From Macrostomum hystrix (Eukaryota > Animalia > Platyhelminthes): 64,000 nt of DNA. The DNA lies in assembly GCA_950097015.1 (NCBI GenBank), contig CATNEN010000007.1:3038001-3102000 (forward strand), in the 5' to 3' direction. Shown in pieces: positions 60,031 through 64,000 of the stretch. How positions within the stretch are numbered: position 1 is the first letter of the stretch; every line of letters begins with the position of its first letter. The position numbers and the translations under genes are program-made. Under the pieces are notes generated by a model. That model saw only the letters and a list, made by a program, of their open reading frames with translations. It was not told the origin of the DNA and made no database searches.

Positions 60031-60639
60031 CTTTGAAAGATGATATTTTATTTACGAAATGAAAAAAATAAATTTAAATAATCTTCAGTCACTACTGGCT
60101 GAAAATTAGTCTAAATTATTTGACGCAGTGCAGAATCGAACCCTAGCCTAGCCTAAACTATTCCTAGTGCCTACACATCGGCTATCGGCTATTCCGACTG
60201 TTGGTTAGTGGGTGCAAAAATCAGCCTTATAAAATGAATTCTTAAAGTTCTGGCTTTGTACAATGAAGTAAGAAAATAGAGTACACTCAGTCTCGCGGTT
60301 TGTTGTGTACATTTATTTCCAATTTGTCTCCAGAGTGCAGGCTTTTAACTCAGTCAGCTAGTGGGTGTTGTGCAAGTTGATGATGCAATTCTAACTCAGT
60401 GGCAGTCAGTGAATGAAATTCTCAATAGGCCAAGATAGTTTGACCTTTGAAATGGTCAAAAAACATGTTTTTCGAATATTTAATCCCCTTAGCAATAAAG
60501 TTAAGCTTAATAAAAATACGTGTATAATTGTCCCCATATTTAGCATCTTTTGGTGAAGAAATGGTGAAAATCGGTTGAGCCGTTCGGGAGAAAATCAATT
60601 ACAAGCAACCAACCAAGCATTTCATTTTTAGTATATTAG

Positions 60640-63600
60640 ACTAGCATGTTTTGCCCCCCTTCGGGGAGCAGAAATATTTTTAATTCGTCTTGTATATACT
60701 TTTTAGCAGCTGTATTTTCAGCTTTTTAATCCTACAATGATCCCCCAGTTGACAATGATCCCCCAGTTGAAAATGATCCCCCAGTCAACAATGATTCCCC
60801 AGTTGACAATGATCCCCCAGTTGATGATGACTCCCCATTGATGATGACCCCCCAGTTGACAATGTTCCCCCAGTTGACAATAATCCTCCAGTTGACAATG
60901 ATCCCCAGTTGACAATGTTCCGCAAGTTGACAATGATCCCCCAGTTGACAATGATCCCCCAGTTTACAATAATCCCCCAGTTGACAATAATCCTCCAGTT
61001 GACAATGATCCCCAGTTGACAATGTTCCCCAAGTTGACATTGATCCCCCAGTTAACAATGATCCCCCAGTTAACAATGATCCACCAGTTGGTGATGATCC
61101 CCCAGTTGACAATGATCCCCAAGTTTAAAATGATCCCCCAGTTGACAATGATCCACCAGTTGATTATGATCCCCCAGTTGACAATGATCCCCAGTTTAAA
61201 ATGATCCCACTGTTGAGAAAGATCCACCAGTTGATGATGATCCCCCAGTTGACGATGATCCCCCAGTTGACAATGATCCACCAGTCGACAATAATTCCCC
61301 AGTTGACAATGATCCCCCAGTTGATGATGACTCCCCATTGATGATGATCCCCCAGTTGACAATGATCGACCAGTCGACAATGATTCCCCAGTTGAGATTG
61401 ATCCCCCGATTGATGATGATCACCCAGTTGACAATGATCCCCCAGTTGATGATGACTCCCCATTGATGAGGATCCCCAGTTGAGAATGTTCCCCCAGTTG
61501 ACAATGATCCCCCAGTTGACAATAATTCCCCAGTTTACAATGATTCCCCTAGTTAATAATGATCACCCAGTTGACAATCATCCGCCAGTTGACAATGATC
61601 CCCTAGTTCAAATTGATCCCCCAGTTGACAATTATCCCCCAGTAGACAATTATCCCCCAGTTGACAATGATCCCCCAGTTGACAATGAACCCCCAGTTGA
61701 CAATGATCCCCCAGTTGACGATTATCCCCCAGTTTAACATGATCCCCTATTTGATGATGATTCCCCAGTTGACAATTATCCCCCAGTTGACAAATATCCC
61801 CCAGTTGACAATGATCCTCCAGTTGACAATGATCCTCCAGTTGACAATAATCCCCCAGTTAACCATGATCCCCCAGTTGACAATGATCCCCCAGTTGACA
61901 ATGATCACCCAGTTAACGATGATCCACCAGTTGACAATGATCCCCCAGTTGACAATGATCCGCCAGTTCACAATAATCCCCCAGTTGACAATGATCCCCC
62001 AGTTGAAAATGATCCCCCAGTTGACAATGATCCCCCAGATGACAATGATCCCCCAGTTGACAATGATACCCCAGTTGACAATGATCCCCCAGTTGGCCAT
62101 GATCCCCTAGTTGACAATGATCCCCCAGTTGACAATGATCCCCCAGTTGACAATGATCACCCAGTTGACAATGATACCCCAGTTGACAATGATCCCCCAG
62201 TTGACAATGATCACCCAGTTGACGATGATCCCCCAGTTGACAATGATCCCCCAGTTGACAATGATCCGCCAGTTGACAATGTTCCCAAAGTTGACAATGA
62301 TCCCCCAGTTGACATGATCCCGCAGTTCACAATGATCACCCAGTTGACAATGATCCCCCAGTTCATGATGATCACCCAGTTGACAATGATCCCACAGTTG
62401 ACAATGATACCCCAGTTGACAATGATCCCTCAGTTGACAATGATCCCCCAGTTGACAATGATCACCCAGTTGACAATGATCCCCCAGTTGACAATTTTCC
62501 CCCAGTTGACAACGATCCCCCAGATGACAATGATCCCCCAGTTGACAATGATACCCCAGTTGACAATGATCCCCCAGTTGGCCATGATCCCCTAGTTGAC
62601 AATGATCCCCCAGTTGACAATGATCCCCCAGTTGAAAATGATCACCCAGTTGATAACGATACGCCAGTTGACAATGATCCCCCAGTTGACAATGATCACC
62701 CAGTTGACGATGATCCCCCAGTTGACAATGATCCCCCAGTTGACAATGATCCGCCAGTTGACAATGTTCCCAAAGTTGACAATGATCCCCCAGTTGACAT
62801 GATCCCGCAGTTCACAATGATCACCCAGTTGACAATGATCCCCCAGTTCATGATGATCACCCAGTTGACAATGATCCCACAGTTGACAATGATCCCCCAG
62901 TTGACAATGATCCCTCAGTTGACAATGATCCCCCAGTTGACAATTTTCCACCAGTTGAAAATGGTCCCCCAGTTGACCATGATCCGCCAGTTGACAATGA
63001 TCACCCATTTGACGATGATCCACCAGTTGACAATGATCCCCCAGTTGACAATGATCCGCCAGTTGGCCATGATCCCCTAGTTGACAATGATCCACCAGTT
63101 GACAATGATCCCCCAGTTGACAATGATCACCCAGTTGACGATGATCCCCCAGTTGACAATGATCCACCAGTCGACAATAATTCCCCAGTTGACAATGATC
63201 CCCCAGTTGATGATGACTCCCCCTAGTTAATAATGATCACCCAGTTGACAATCATCCGCCAGTTGACAATGATCCCCTAGTTCAAATTGATCCCCCAGTT
63301 GACAATTATCCCCCAGTAGACAATTATCCCCCAGTTGACAATGATCCCCCAGTTGACAATGAACCCCCAGTTGACAATGATCCCCCAGTTGACGATTATC
63401 CCCCAGTTTAACATGATCCCCTATTTGATGATGATTCCCCAGTTGACAATTATCCCCCAGTTGACAAATATCCCCCAGTTGACAATGATCCTCCAGTTGA
63501 CAATGATCCTCCAGTTGACAATAATCCCCCAGTTAACCATGATCCCCCAGTTGACAATGATCCCCCAGTTGACAATGATCACCCAGTTAACGATGATCCA

Positions 63601-64000
63601 CCAGTTGACAATGATCCCCCAGTTGACAATGATCCGCCAGTTCACAATAATCCCCCAGTTGACAATGATCCCCCAGTTGAAAATGATCCCCCAGTTGACA
63701 ATGATCCCCCAGATGACAATGATCCCCCAGTTGACAATGATACCCCAGTTGACAATGATCCCCCAGTTGGCCATGATCCCCTAGTTGACAATGATCCCCC
63801 AGTTGACAATGATCCCCCAGTTGACAATGATCACCCAGTTGACAATGATACCCCAGTTGACAATGATCCCCCAGTTGACAATGATCACCCAGTTGACGAT
63901 GATCCCCCAGTTGACAATGATCCCCCAGTTGACAATGATCCGCCAGTTGACAATGTTCCCAAAGTTGACAATGATCCCCCAGTTGACATGATCCCGCAGT
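60640..64000 (+). mobile_element. Helentron/HINE-like unit 2, head-to-tail with unit 1, truncated by the window
   Basis: The same ~90-bp head as 56255 begins immediately after the unit-1 tail and is followed by the same 18-bp satellite. Confidence 0.55.
60732..64000 (+). repeat. 18-bp satellite, array 2, with higher-order repeats
   Basis: Same unit as 56348-57230, with duplicated blocks at offsets of 485 and 1674 bp. Confidence 0.98.

Larger units (their letters stand above)
56255..60639 (+). mobile_element. Helentron/HINE-like non-autonomous unit 1 containing two satellites
   Basis: Starts ACTAGCAAGTTTTGCCCCCCTTCGGGGAGC and ends ...AAATCGGTTGAGCCGTTCGGGAG...CAACCAACCAAGCATTTCATTTTTAGTATATTAG. 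These ends resemble rolling-circle HINE termini. The class assignment is inference. Confidence 0.55.

Noticed and set aside
56347-63991. Many MIPQLT / NWGIIV / GGSLST ORFs
   Set aside because: Translations of the 18-bp satellite.

Overview
Repeat-rich animal genomic DNA with GT-AG introns. The mix of GC-rich, intron-poor genes and minisatellite-filled introns gives the impression of a flatworm such as Macrostomum, but this is unverified. I reconstruct about 12 host loci: two paralogous ankyrin-repeat exons, a Mab-21/cGAS-like nucleotidyltransferase, an alpha-arrestin, a 4-exon orphan, two class A-like GPCRs, an ER thioredoxin-fold-like protein, a glycerophosphodiesterase, a C-type lectin-PAN gene with an internal stop, a 73-aa secreted Gly-rich peptide, a DOMON-cytochrome b561 protein and a class I aldolase. 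Mobile DNA includes the 5' end of a Ty3/gypsy element, a frameshifted DD34D mariner nested in a hAT-like MITE, a second hAT-like MITE, tRNA-derived SINEs, and head-to-tail Helentron/HINE-like units carrying satellites. There are about 20 tandem arrays, and most very long ORFs in the track are artefacts of them. Top observation: both ankyrin ORFs end in a phase-2 splice donor overlapping their stop codon. For one of them this joins in frame to the cGAS-like gene, predicting a ~932-aa ankyrin-cGLR receptor in a tandem locus whose second copy is interrupted by the gypsy element.
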